DNA of 64,000 bases from an uncultured Actinomycetes bacterium (lineage in GTDB: Bacteria > Chloroflexota > Dormibacteria > Aeolococcales > Aeolococcaceae): NCBI GenBank assembly GCA_964499205.1, contig CAZCJX010000002.1, positions 9,102 to 73,101 on the forward strand, written 5' to 3'. The position numbers and the translations under genes were made by a program. The notes below the pieces were generated by a model. The model was not told the DNA's origin. It did not search any database and was given only the letters and a program-made list of their open reading frames with translations. This document shows positions 28,453-35,632 of the stretch, piece by piece (position 1 is the first letter of the stretch; each line of letters opens with the position of its first letter).

Positions 28453-29822
28453 CCGGCGCGGTGGACGGTCTGCCAGGCGCCGCGCACGGCGTCGAGCAGC
28501 GGCGCCTCGTCGTCGCCGAGCACGGTGCGGGGGTCGAGCCAGACCAGGCCCTGCTCGGCGCGGGCGACCACGGGTGGCTGCTGGGCGCGCAGGGCGACGA
28601 GGAGCTGGCCGGTGCGACCGGGCAGGGTGAGGCAGGTGGTCGGCAGGGTGGTGCCGGGCAGCGAGCCGCCGCCGGCGGCGCTGTCGGCGCTGGCCGTGCC
28701 GGCGGGGATGCCCTCCTCGCGCAGCGCGTCGCACCAGCGCTGGGCGGTGGCGGCGAGATCGGCGGCGTTCCGGCGCAGCATCTGTTGCACCGGCACGCTC
28801 TCCGCCGCGTCGCCGCGCAGGTGGGCGGCGAGGGTCGCGCCGAGCGCCGCGAGCACCATCTTGTCCGGACGCACCGCGCGCATCAGGGGATGGCGGCGCA
28901 GCCTGGCGATGAGCTCGGCGCGACCGGCGATCAGTCCCGCCTGCGGGCCGCCGCACAGCTTGTCGCCGCTGGCGGTGACGATGTCGGCGCCGTCGCCGAT
29001 GCACTGCTGCAGCACCGGCTCGCCGGCGAGCTGGGGGGCGACGGCGGCGTGGTCGGCGAAGGCGCCGCTGCCGGCATCCTCGATGAGCAGCAGGCCGTGC
29101 CGCCGGGCCACCGCGGCGACATCGGCGGTGGTGGGGCGCTCGGTGAAGCCGACGATGGCGAAGTTGGAGGGATGCACGCGCACGATGGCGCGGGTGCGCG
29201 CGGCGACCGCCTGCTCGTAGTCGGACGCGCGGGTGCGGTTGGTGGTGCCGACGTCGACCATGCGCGCGCCGCTCAGCCGCATCACCTCGGGGACGCGAAA
29301 GCCGCCGCCGATCTCCACCGCCTCGCCGCGCGACACCAGCACCTCGCCGCCCTTGCACAGCGCGCTCAGGGTGAGCAGCACCGCCGCCGCGTTGTTGGTG
29401 GTGACCAGCGCGTCCTCGGCGCCGCAGAGAGTCGCCAGCAGCGCGCGCACGTGGTCGTGGCGGGAGCCGCGTGCACCGCTGTGCAGGTCGAGCTCGAGGT
29501 CGGAGTAGCCGGCGGTGGCTGCCTGCACGGCGTCGCGCGCCGCCTGCGACAGCGGCGCGCGGCCGAGGTTGGTGTGCACCACGATGCCGGTGGCGTTGAT
29601 CACCCGGCGCGGGCCGGGCTGCAGGCGCGCGGTGAGCCACTCCGCAGCGGCAGCCGCCAGCGCGTCGTCGTTCTCGTGCAGCGATGTGCCGGCGAGCCTG
29701 CGCTCGCGCTCGGCGTCGATCACGGCGCGCACCGCGGTGACCAGCGCGGTGGTGCCGTGCCAGGGCGCCAGCCGTTGGTGCGCGGCGAGCCGGTCCACCG
29801 ACGGCAGGTCGCGCGGCAGCAC
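28449..29822 (-). CDS. selA: L-seryl-tRNA(Sec) selenium transferase SelA
   Basis: LPSVDRL N-terminus, INATGIVVHTNLGRAPL, and PLP-lysine block SGDKLCGGPQAG. Start placed at GTG 29822, directly after the upstream gene's stop. Confidence 0.9.
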   Translation of the reverse strand: MLPRDLPSVDRLAAHQRLAPWHGTTALVTAVRAVIDAERERRLAGTSLHENDDALAAAAAEWLTARLQPGPRRVINATGIVVHTNLGRAPLSQAARDAVQAATAGYSDLELDLHSGARGSRHDHVRALLATLCGAEDALVTTNNAAAVLLTLSALCKGGEVLVSRGEAVEIGGGFRVPEVMRLSGARMVDVGTTNRTRASDYEQAVAARTRAIVRVHPSNFAIVGFTERPTTADVAAVARRHGLLLIEDAGSGAFADHAAVAPQLAGEPVLQQCIGDGADIVTASGDKLCGGPQAGLIAGRAELIARLRRHPLMRAVRPDKMVLAALGATLAAHLRGDAAESVPVQQMLRRNAADLAATAQRWCDALREEGIPAGTASADSAAGGGSLPGTTLPTTCLTLPGRTGQLLVALRAQQPPVVARAEQGLVWLDPRTVLGDDEAPLLDAVRGAWQTVHRAG

Positions 29823-29823
29823 C

Positions 29824-30630
29824 CTACGTCCCTGCAGGTGGTGGGAAGAGCATCCACAGACGCGGCAGATCGGCGCCGAAGAATGGCGATGCGCCCACCA
29901 CCGTGGTGAAGATCGTGTCGTTGACATGCATGATCAGCGACCAGAGCGGGTTGTTGGCGCCGCCGGTGGCGAGCGGGATGCCGATGAGGAAGGCGAAGGC
30001 GAGCAGGTACACGATCTGCCGGTTGCGATCGATGAGGTGGAACAGTTCGGGAACGGCCCGGCCGAAGAGCCCACGCGCCACCGTGTACCCGTCCAACGGC
30101 GGGATCGGAATGCTGTTGAAGACGAACAGCACCACGTTGATGAAGAACGCTTCGGCGAGGAAGAGGTAGAGGATCACGTCGGCGCCACCATGGCCGAAGG
30201 TGAGGAACAGGTGCGGCTCGTTGCCGTACAGGCCGGGCACGAAGGCGTCGGTGACGACGCGCCCGGTGAGGCCTGGGCCGGAGACCAGCAGGAGCACCCG
30301 CAGGGCCAGGCCGAAGATGCCGGCGAGGACGAGGTTGGTGAGCGGTCCTGCGGCGGCGACCAGCGCCTGCTGGGTGGCCGTCCGGATGTATGCGGTGCTG
30401 AACGTCACCGGCTTGGCCCAGCCGAATCCCGCGGTGATGAGCAGGCCGAAGCCGATGGGGTCGATGTGTTGCCGCGGGCTCAGCGTCATTCTTCCCATGC
30501 GCCGCGGCGTGGGGTCGCCCAGCCGGACGGCCGCCGCGGCATGGGCGAGCTCATGGAGGACGAAGCCGATGATCAGCCCGGGCAGCGCGTAGAGCAGATA
30601 GGCGACGTACTCGGCGATCGATGCGCTCAT
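29824..30630 (-). CDS. site-2 protease family (peptidase M50) intramembrane metalloprotease
   Basis: HELAHAAAA (HExxH) in TM1 and the NSIPIPPLDG motif. Polytopic. Confidence 0.8.
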   Translation of the reverse strand: MSASIAEYVAYLLYALPGLIIGFVLHELAHAAAAVRLGDPTPRRMGRMTLSPRQHIDPIGFGLLITAGFGWAKPVTFSTAYIRTATQQALVAAAGPLTNLVLAGIFGLALRVLLLVSGPGLTGRVVTDAFVPGLYGNEPHLFLTFGHGGADVILYLFLAEAFFINVVLFVFNSIPIPPLDGYTVARGLFGRAVPELFHLIDRNRQIVYLLAFAFLIGIPLATGGANNPLWSLIMHVNDTIFTTVVGASPFFGADLPRLWMLFPPPAGT

Positions 30631-30642
30631 GGGGGGCTTGGC

Positions 30643-30861
30643 TTACTCCAGCTCGATCTTCACCGGCCGCCGCGACTCGCGGCGCGCCTTGCGCTCCTCG
30701 GTCTGCACGTGCCGCGCGTGGTGCTCGATGGTCGCCTTGACGGCGAGGAACAGCTCGGCCTGCGCCTTGATGAGGTGCGCCTGCGCCTCCGGCGGGATCA
30801 GCTCGGAGAACGCCGTCCCGGCCAGCTGCGCCGCCTCGGCGGCGAGGCGACCGGGACACAT
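30643..30861 (-). CDS. small (72 aa) helical protein of unknown function
   Basis: ATG 30861 lies 17 nt after the ArsA stop. Very high GC3 throughout. Predicted amphipathic helices and a basic C-terminus. No family recognised and no clear SD. Confidence 0.5.
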   Translation of the reverse strand: MCPGRLAAEAAQLAGTAFSELIPPEAQAHLIKAQAELFLAVKATIEHHARHVQTEERKARRESRRPVKIELE

Positions 30862-30878
30862 GGTGCAACGGTCGTCGC

Positions 30879-32051
30879 TCAGCTCTTGGCACTCCCGAAG
30901 GTGATGCGCAGCATGCCCTCGTCGAGGCGGGCGCCGCGGGTGACCCGGCCGCGCAGCGAGCGCGGCAGCGAGATCTCCCGCTTGTACGGTCCGACGGTGA
31001 CGAAGAGCTCGTCCTCGCGGTGGGTCAGCTCGATCTCGTCCTTGCTGACGAAGGGAAGATGCAGCAGCAGCTCGTACTCGCTGCCCTTCTTGCTGATGCG
31101 CTGGGGCACCGAGTGGTAGTAGATCTCGGCGGGATCGCGGTCGCCGAAGATCGATTCGGACATCTCGGCCAGGGCGTCGACGCCGACGATCTCGTGGTCG
31201 AAGAGCTTGGTGCGCACAATGGGCACCGGCGAGAACGCCGATTCGACCACGCTGTCGTAGCGCTGCTGCGCGGCGCGCCAGGACGCGAAGTAGCTGTCGG
31301 TCACCTCGGGCGGCAGCACCCGGTTCACCACCACCAGGTCGACCAGGTAGTCGTAGAGGCTGAGGTAGGTGAAGGCGCGCTGCGCCTCCTTGACCACCAT
31401 CTTCTCCAGGTTGAGCACCAGCCGCACCGTGCAGTTCTTGGGGTCGCCGAGCACCTTCTTCATGCCCTCGAGGTCGAGCAGCAGGTCCTTGACGCTGCCG
31501 AAGATGTCGTCCGAGGGAAGCGGGATGTTGACGAACGGCTGCACCATCGGCCGCGCCACCTTCATCACCCGGCGCTCGATGGGGAAGATCTTGTTGAGGT
31601 ACCACTTGGCCACATCGGGAAACGCCAGCAGCTGCAACGTCTCGCCGGTGGGCGCGCAGTCGACCACCAGCACGTCGTACTCGCCACGCCGCTGGTGATG
31701 CCTGATCCACATCAGGCTGGCCACCTCCTCCATCCCCGGCGGCGAGGCCAGCTCCTCGGCGACGATGTCGTCGACGCCCTGCGAGGCGAACAGTGCCGTG
31801 AGGTAGTCGTGGATGCGGTCCCAGTGGTTCTCCAGCTCGTGGAGCGCATTGACCTCCTGGGCCCAGAGATTGGGCTCGATCTCGACAGGATGGTCGGCGA
31901 TCTCGACGTCGAGGCTGTCGCCCAGGCTGTGCGCCGCGTCGGTGCTGATCACCAGGGTGCGATAGCCGAGGCGTGCGCAGCGGACCGCGGTGGCGGCCGC
32001 GACGGACGTCTTGCCGACGCCGCCCTTGCCCGTGTAGAGGATGACTCGCAT
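30879..32051 (-). CDS. ArsA/Get3-family ATPase with C-terminal HSP20-like (ArsA_HSP20) domain
   Basis: P-loop YTGKGGVGKTS and the STDAAHSLGD switch. C-terminal ..LHLPFVSKDEIELTHREDELFVTVGPYKREISLP.. is alpha-crystallin-like. Confidence 0.9.
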   Translation of the reverse strand: MRVILYTGKGGVGKTSVAAATAVRCARLGYRTLVISTDAAHSLGDSLDVEIADHPVEIEPNLWAQEVNALHELENHWDRIHDYLTALFASQGVDDIVAEELASPPGMEEVASLMWIRHHQRRGEYDVLVVDCAPTGETLQLLAFPDVAKWYLNKIFPIERRVMKVARPMVQPFVNIPLPSDDIFGSVKDLLLDLEGMKKVLGDPKNCTVRLVLNLEKMVVKEAQRAFTYLSLYDYLVDLVVVNRVLPPEVTDSYFASWRAAQQRYDSVVESAFSPVPIVRTKLFDHEIVGVDALAEMSESIFGDRDPAEIYYHSVPQRISKKGSEYELLLHLPFVSKDEIELTHREDELFVTVGPYKREISLPRSLRGRVTRGARLDEGMLRITFGSAKS

Positions 32052-32092
32052 TGGCTTCCGTCAGCCCGCGCGGCGACGCGCCGGCCGCGAGG

Positions 32093-32635
32093 TCACTTGA
32101 CGATCGCGTTGATGACGAAGTTGGCGACGACGATGAGCACGATCATCAGTCCCGCGATGATCAGCACCCGCCGCAGGTCGCCGGGGACGTAGGGAACGCG
32201 GTCGAAGGGGATGGCGGCGTCGTCGGGCGGCAGCGGCTCGAACATCGCCGCCGTGTTCTGGGCGCGACCGCCGCGGGGCCGCTGGCCGGGGCGCTGCGCC
32301 ACCGCGGTGGCTCCCGCCGCTGCCGCGGCGGCGTTGGGATCGATGCGCCCGACCCTTCGGCGCTCGGTGGACGTGCCGGCGCTGGTGCCCGTGCCCGCAC
32401 CGTTGGCGGCGGGTTGCGCCCGCTCCACCTCCGGGGGCGGCAGCGGCATGGGGCCGTCGCTCTCGGGGACGGGCAGCGCGCCGCTGGCGTAGTCGTCCGG
32501 GGAGCCGTCGAGGTCGACGTCGGGCAGGTCGACAGCGGGCGCCGGCGCGCCCTGGCCCCGCGACATCGGCGCCTGGGGCTGGGGCCGTCTCGGCTGCTGC
32601 TTGCGTGCCGGCGGACGCTTCGACTTCTTCGCCAT
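32093..32635 (-). CDS. tail-anchored membrane protein (disordered K/R/P-rich N-terminus, single C-terminal TM)
   Basis: In-frame ATG 32635 (MAKKSKRPPARK..). The last 25 residues are RRVLIIAGLMIVLIVVANFVINAIVK*. GC3 is high from 32635 downstream and drops upstream of it. The gene lies 41 bp upstream of the ArsA-like gene. Confidence 0.6.
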   Translation of the reverse strand: MAKKSKRPPARKQQPRRPQPQAPMSRGQGAPAPAVDLPDVDLDGSPDDYASGALPVPESDGPMPLPPPEVERAQPAANGAGTGTSAGTSTERRRVGRIDPNAAAAAAGATAVAQRPGQRPRGGRAQNTAAMFEPLPPDDAAIPFDRVPYVPGDLRRVLIIAGLMIVLIVVANFVINAIVK

Positions 32636-32816
32636 GGTGCGGCCGTGAAGGGTAGCAGGAGCCGCCGTTGGGGAGGCAGGAATGGCTGTCCCGGCGGCAG
32701 TCGGATTGGCGCTCGGTGGCGCGCTGCTTCGCGAGCGCCGAACGCTTGACCGCCGCAACATGCTGGGGTACCATTCCGCGCGGACCACAAGATGTGGGCT
32801 GCACCCGCACAGTTCG

Positions 32817-32913
32817 GGTCCACAGGCAGCAGGCGCCGGGCTCGCCCACCAGCCCCAACCGACCGTTCGTGCAACGGCCACCGTTATCCGGCGTTCTGCT
32901 GCCTGTGCGGACC
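32817..32913. repeat. long interrupted inverted repeat (about 22 bp stem) inside a 336-bp non-coding region
   Basis: GGTCC-ACAGGCAGCAG-GCGCCGG (32817-32839) pairs with CCGGCG-TT-CTGCTGCCTGT-GC-GGACC (32888-32913). The apical 48 nt contains further small hairpins (CCGTT..AACGG). Confidence 0.5.
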
Positions 32914-32937
32914 TGAAGAGATTCCAAGCTTGTCCGA

Positions 32938-32972
32938 CCAACCTTGGAATTCGCCCCTGGAATTCCAAGGAT
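32938..32972. repeat. AT-rich palindromic unit L: CCAACCTTGGAATTCG-CCCCTGG-AATTCCAAGGAT
   Basis: 11-bp perfect arms CCTTGGAATTC/GAATTCCAAGG (32942-32952 and 32960-32970). The last base overlaps the Fic stop codon. 28 of its nt are identical to unit R. Confidence 0.85.
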
Positions 32973-34234
32973 CAGCGCGCCTGGCGATGGGTCCCCAGGC
33001 GGCTCGACTGGCGTCGTTGCGAGGCCTTCGCCGGCGGCTCGACCACGGTGATCGCCGCGGCCGGGGTGGCCAGGCGCCGCTCCACCGCGTCCACCATGTC
33101 GAACACCTCGTTGGCAGCCCAGGCTCGGCGGTATCGCGAGGTGCTGAGGCTGCGGATGATCCCCGCCTCTTCCAGCTGCAGCAGCGCGGTTCGCGCCGCC
33201 TCGTGCGACACGCCGAACATCTCCTGCACCGCGGCGGTGTCGACGATCGGCGTGCCAGCCAGCCGTTCGATGAGCCGCGCGGCCGTCGAGCCCTGCCGCG
33301 GCCGGCCTGCGGCTTCGAGCCACCGCTCCCGCTGCGCTGCCACCTCGTCGGCGAGACCCAGCGCTGTCTGTGCCGCGATCGTCGTCGAGCGGGCGAACAT
33401 CGAGATCCACTCCGAGACGCCGCCATTGCGGAAGGCGGTGAGGCCCGCGATGTAGCCGCGGCCGTTGGCGGCGAGCACCAGGCTGATCGGCGGCACGAAA
33501 CGCGGCGCCAGGCCACGCCGCACCAGCACCGCATGGATCAGGCAGCGGCCGATGCGCCCGTTGCCGTCACCGAAGGGATGGATGACCTCGAACTGGGCGT
33601 GGGCCACGGCAGCCTGCACCACGGCCGGCATGTCGTCGCGAGCGACGAAGCGAACCAGGTCCTGCAGCAGGTCGGGGACCAACTCGGGCGGCGGTGGCAC
33701 GAAGGCGGCGCCGACGGGATTCCAGTCGTTGCCGCCGATCCAGTTCTGCGTGGTGCGCACGGTCCCGGCGATCTGCGACTCGTCGGTTGCTTCGAGCAGG
33801 ACGCGATGCATCGCCACGATGTCGTCCACCGCGAGCCGCCGCGGCGTGCGCGCGCGGGCGATGGCCGCCTCCATGGCGTGGACGTTGTTGACGACTTCGC
33901 GCGCAACCCGGTCATGCACCGTCGCGTCGAAGGCGACGCGGGCGAGGCGCTTCTGGCCGACGCGCAGCCCCTCGATGCGCGACGAGGCGTTGCTCTCGGC
34001 GCGCAGCAGCAGCGATGCCATCGAGTCGAGGCCAGCGATGGCGGTGGCGCGGTCCTGCAGGGCTTGCACCGCCTTCTCGGCGTCGACCACCTCCTGGGCG
34101 GTGGCCGCACCGACCAGCAGGTCGAGGTGGGCGACCGGGTCCGGGACGAACGCCTGGTACGAACCGCCGACCCTGGCCACCTTGGACGGGGCACCGGGGA
34201 CGCCGGGCCAGCGGGCTCTGACGTAGTGGGACAT
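32972..34234 (-). CDS. Fic family protein (Fic_N + Fic + C-terminal winged-helix), AMPylation-competent motif
   Basis: Active site HPFGDGNGRIGR. N-terminal inhibitory-helix motif SSRIEG matches (S/T)xxxE(G/N). C-terminal wHTH-like segment VQEMFGVSHEAARTALLQLEEAGII. Confidence 0.9.
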   Translation of the reverse strand: MSHYVRARWPGVPGAPSKVARVGGSYQAFVPDPVAHLDLLVGAATAQEVVDAEKAVQALQDRATAIAGLDSMASLLLRAESNASSRIEGLRVGQKRLARVAFDATVHDRVAREVVNNVHAMEAAIARARTPRRLAVDDIVAMHRVLLEATDESQIAGTVRTTQNWIGGNDWNPVGAAFVPPPPELVPDLLQDLVRFVARDDMPAVVQAAVAHAQFEVIHPFGDGNGRIGRCLIHAVLVRRGLAPRFVPPISLVLAANGRGYIAGLTAFRNGGVSEWISMFARSTTIAAQTALGLADEVAAQRERWLEAAGRPRQGSTAARLIERLAGTPIVDTAAVQEMFGVSHEAARTALLQLEEAGIIRSLSTSRYRRAWAANEVFDMVDAVERRLATPAAAITVVEPPAKASQRRQSSRLGTHRQAR

Positions 34235-34238
34235 GGGG

Positions 34239-34272
34239 CCAACCTTGGAATTCGAGCGTCAATTCCAAGGAT
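34239..34272. repeat. AT-rich palindromic unit R: CCAACCTTGGAATTCG-AGCGTC-AATTCCAAGGAT
   Basis: 10-bp perfect arms (34243-34252 and 34261-34270). Begins 4 nt from the Fic ATG. On the mRNA strand the only SD-like AAGG lies inside the 3' arm. Confidence 0.85.
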
Positions 34273-34280
34273 AGACCAAG

Positions 34281-34315
34281 TTCCTTGGATTGCCTAGCCG
34301 GGATTCCAAGGTTGT
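34281..34315. repeat. degenerate third palindromic unit (inverted orientation): TTCCTTGGATT-GCCTAGCCGG-GATTCCAAGGTTGT
   Basis: Arms CCTTGGA(-)T/ATTCCAAGG with a one-base gap. GATTCCAAGGTTGT repeats GATTCCAAGCTTGT at 32920-32933. Confidence 0.55.
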
Positions 34316-34334
34316 TCTTGCCGGCCTGGGACGC

Positions 34335-35426
34335 TCAGACGTTGAAGCGGAAGTGCATCACGTCGCCGTCCTGGACGAGGTAGTCGCGGCCCTCGAGGCG
34401 GAGGCGGCCCTGCTCGCGGACGGCGGCGTAGGAGCCGGCGGCGATGAGGTCGGCGGCGGACACCACCTCGGCGCGGATGAATCCCTTGGCGAAGTCGGTG
34501 TGGATCTCGGCGGCGGCGTCGAGGGCGGTCTCGCCGCGGCGCACGGTCCAGGCGCGCACCTCCTTCTCGCCGGCGGTGAAGAAGGTGATCAGGGCGAGGA
34601 GGTGGTAGGCGGAGCGGGCCAGACGGTTGAGGCCGGGCTCCTCCAGGCCCAGGGAGGCGAGGAACTCGCGCTGGTCCTCGGCGTCGAGCTCGGACAGCTC
34701 CGACTCGATGCGCGCCGACACGGCCACCGCCTCGCCGCCGCTGCGCTCGGCGCGCTCCTCGACGCGCCGCAGCACCGCGGCGCCGGCCGGGTCGTTCTCG
34801 TCGACGTTGGCCACAACCAGGATGGGCTTGGCGGTGAGCAGGAAGAGGTCGCGCAGCGGTGCCTGCTGCTCCTTGGTGAGGCCCATGGTGCGCACCGGCT
34901 GGCCGGAGTCGAGGTGCTCGCGGACCCGGCGCAGCACGGCGATGTCCTCCTCGGCGTGGTCCTTCTGCAGCCGCGAGGTGCGCTCCGACCTGTCGAGGCG
35001 CTTGGTCACCGATTCGAGGTCGGCGAGCTGCAGCTCCAGCTCGAGCAGGTCGATGTCGCGCACGGGGTCGACCGAGCCCTCGACGTGGGTGACGTCGGGA
35101 TCGTCGAAGCAGCGGACCACCAACGCGACGGCGTCGGTCTCGCGGATGTGGCCGAGGAACTGGTTGCCCAGGCCCTCCCCGCGGGAGGCGCCGCGCACCA
35201 GGCCGGCGATGTCGGTGAAGGTCACCGTGGTGGGGATGACCCGCGGAGGGTTGAAGATCGCGGCGAGCTGCTCGAGGCGGGGGTCGGGGACGGGCACCAC
35301 GCCGGTGTTGGGCTCGATGGTGGTGAAGGGGTAGTTGCCCACCGCCGCCCCGGCCCGCGTCAACGCGTTGAAAAGGGTCGACTTCCCGGCGTTGGGCAGG
35401 CCGACGATGCCGACGCTCAGACCCAT
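34335..35426 (-). CDS. ychF: redox-regulated ribosome-binding ATPase YchF
   Basis: GIVGLPNAGKSTLFNALT, and the TGS domain ending DGDVMHFRFNV. Confidence 0.95.
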   Translation of the reverse strand: MGLSVGIVGLPNAGKSTLFNALTRAGAAVGNYPFTTIEPNTGVVPVPDPRLEQLAAIFNPPRVIPTTVTFTDIAGLVRGASRGEGLGNQFLGHIRETDAVALVVRCFDDPDVTHVEGSVDPVRDIDLLELELQLADLESVTKRLDRSERTSRLQKDHAEEDIAVLRRVREHLDSGQPVRTMGLTKEQQAPLRDLFLLTAKPILVVANVDENDPAGAAVLRRVEERAERSGGEAVAVSARIESELSELDAEDQREFLASLGLEEPGLNRLARSAYHLLALITFFTAGEKEVRAWTVRRGETALDAAAEIHTDFAKGFIRAEVVSAADLIAAGSYAAVREQGRLRLEGRDYLVQDGDVMHFRFNV

Positions 35427-35427
35427 G

Positions 35428-35628
35428 TCAGGAATCCGCCGCGGAGATGTGGCCGACGACCGCGCGCAGGCGGGACTCGAGCCGCTGGCGGGTGAGAATC
35501 AGCCGCGCGCCGCACCCGGCGCAGGAGAGGCGGACGTCGAGCGCGACATGGGTGATCACGAAGCGGTCCGAGCCGCACACATGAGGCTTCTTGAGCTGGA
35601 CGATCTGTCCGGCTGCCGGTCCTTCCAC
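35428..35628 (-). CDS. DUF951 family small protein
   Basis: 66 aa. The pattern KKPHVCGS..F.I..V..D.RL.C.GCG..L.L.R matches DUF951, which is commonly found next to ychF. Confidence 0.7.
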   Translation of the reverse strand: MEGPAAGQIVQLKKPHVCGSDRFVITHVALDVRLSCAGCGARLILTRQRLESRLRAVVGHISAADS

Positions 35629-35632
35629 ACCC

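Noticed and set aside
26074-29220. 1048-aa + strand ORF antisense to selB, the NUDIX gene and selA. Similar giants occur at 7440..10499 (+), 19601..22048 (-), 21129..23210 (-), 42911..45340 (+) and 14935..16665 (+).
   Set aside because: The reasoning is the same as for the 1460-aa ORF. These are low-complexity Arg/Ala/Gly translations with no recognisable domains, and each overlaps a well-supported gene on the other strand.
30843-30881. CxxC-like motif (C-T-M-C) at the start of the 72-aa ORF, considered as a selenoprotein/redox motif linked to the nearby sel genes.
   Set aside because: There is no in-frame TGA, and the first Cys lies upstream of the only canonical start. There is no SECIS-like hairpin immediately downstream that I could identify.
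32093-32968. Long (291-aa) form of the tail-anchored-protein ORF, starting inside the left Fic palindrome (MEFQGRIPRL..).
   Set aside because: Third-position GC collapses upstream of ATG 32635. The extra 111 residues are Trp/Cys/Arg-rich and implausible, and that start lies within the palindromic repeat. The 180-aa form is preferred.
32942-32970. EcoRI (GAATTC) and StyI-type (CCWWGG) sites inside the Fic-flanking palindromes, considered as evidence of restriction-site biology.
   Set aside because: Presence of these hexamers is a trivial consequence of the palindrome sequence. No cognate R-M genes are nearby.
32636-32971. Tested the 336-bp non-coding region for RNase P RNA, SRP (4.5S) RNA, tmRNA and tRNA-Sec, given that selA/selB are nearby.
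   Set aside because: None of the expected motifs is present. There is no GAGGAAAGTCC/ACAGAACCCGG (RNase P). There is no GGAA-tetraloop AGGUCCGGAAGGAAGCAGC core; the nearest match, CAGGTCCGCACAGGCAGCAG, cannot form it. There is no tRNA-like GGTTCGA T-arm or CCA end. There is no CTTCAAA anticodon loop with flanking stems. It is left as an unclassified structured region.
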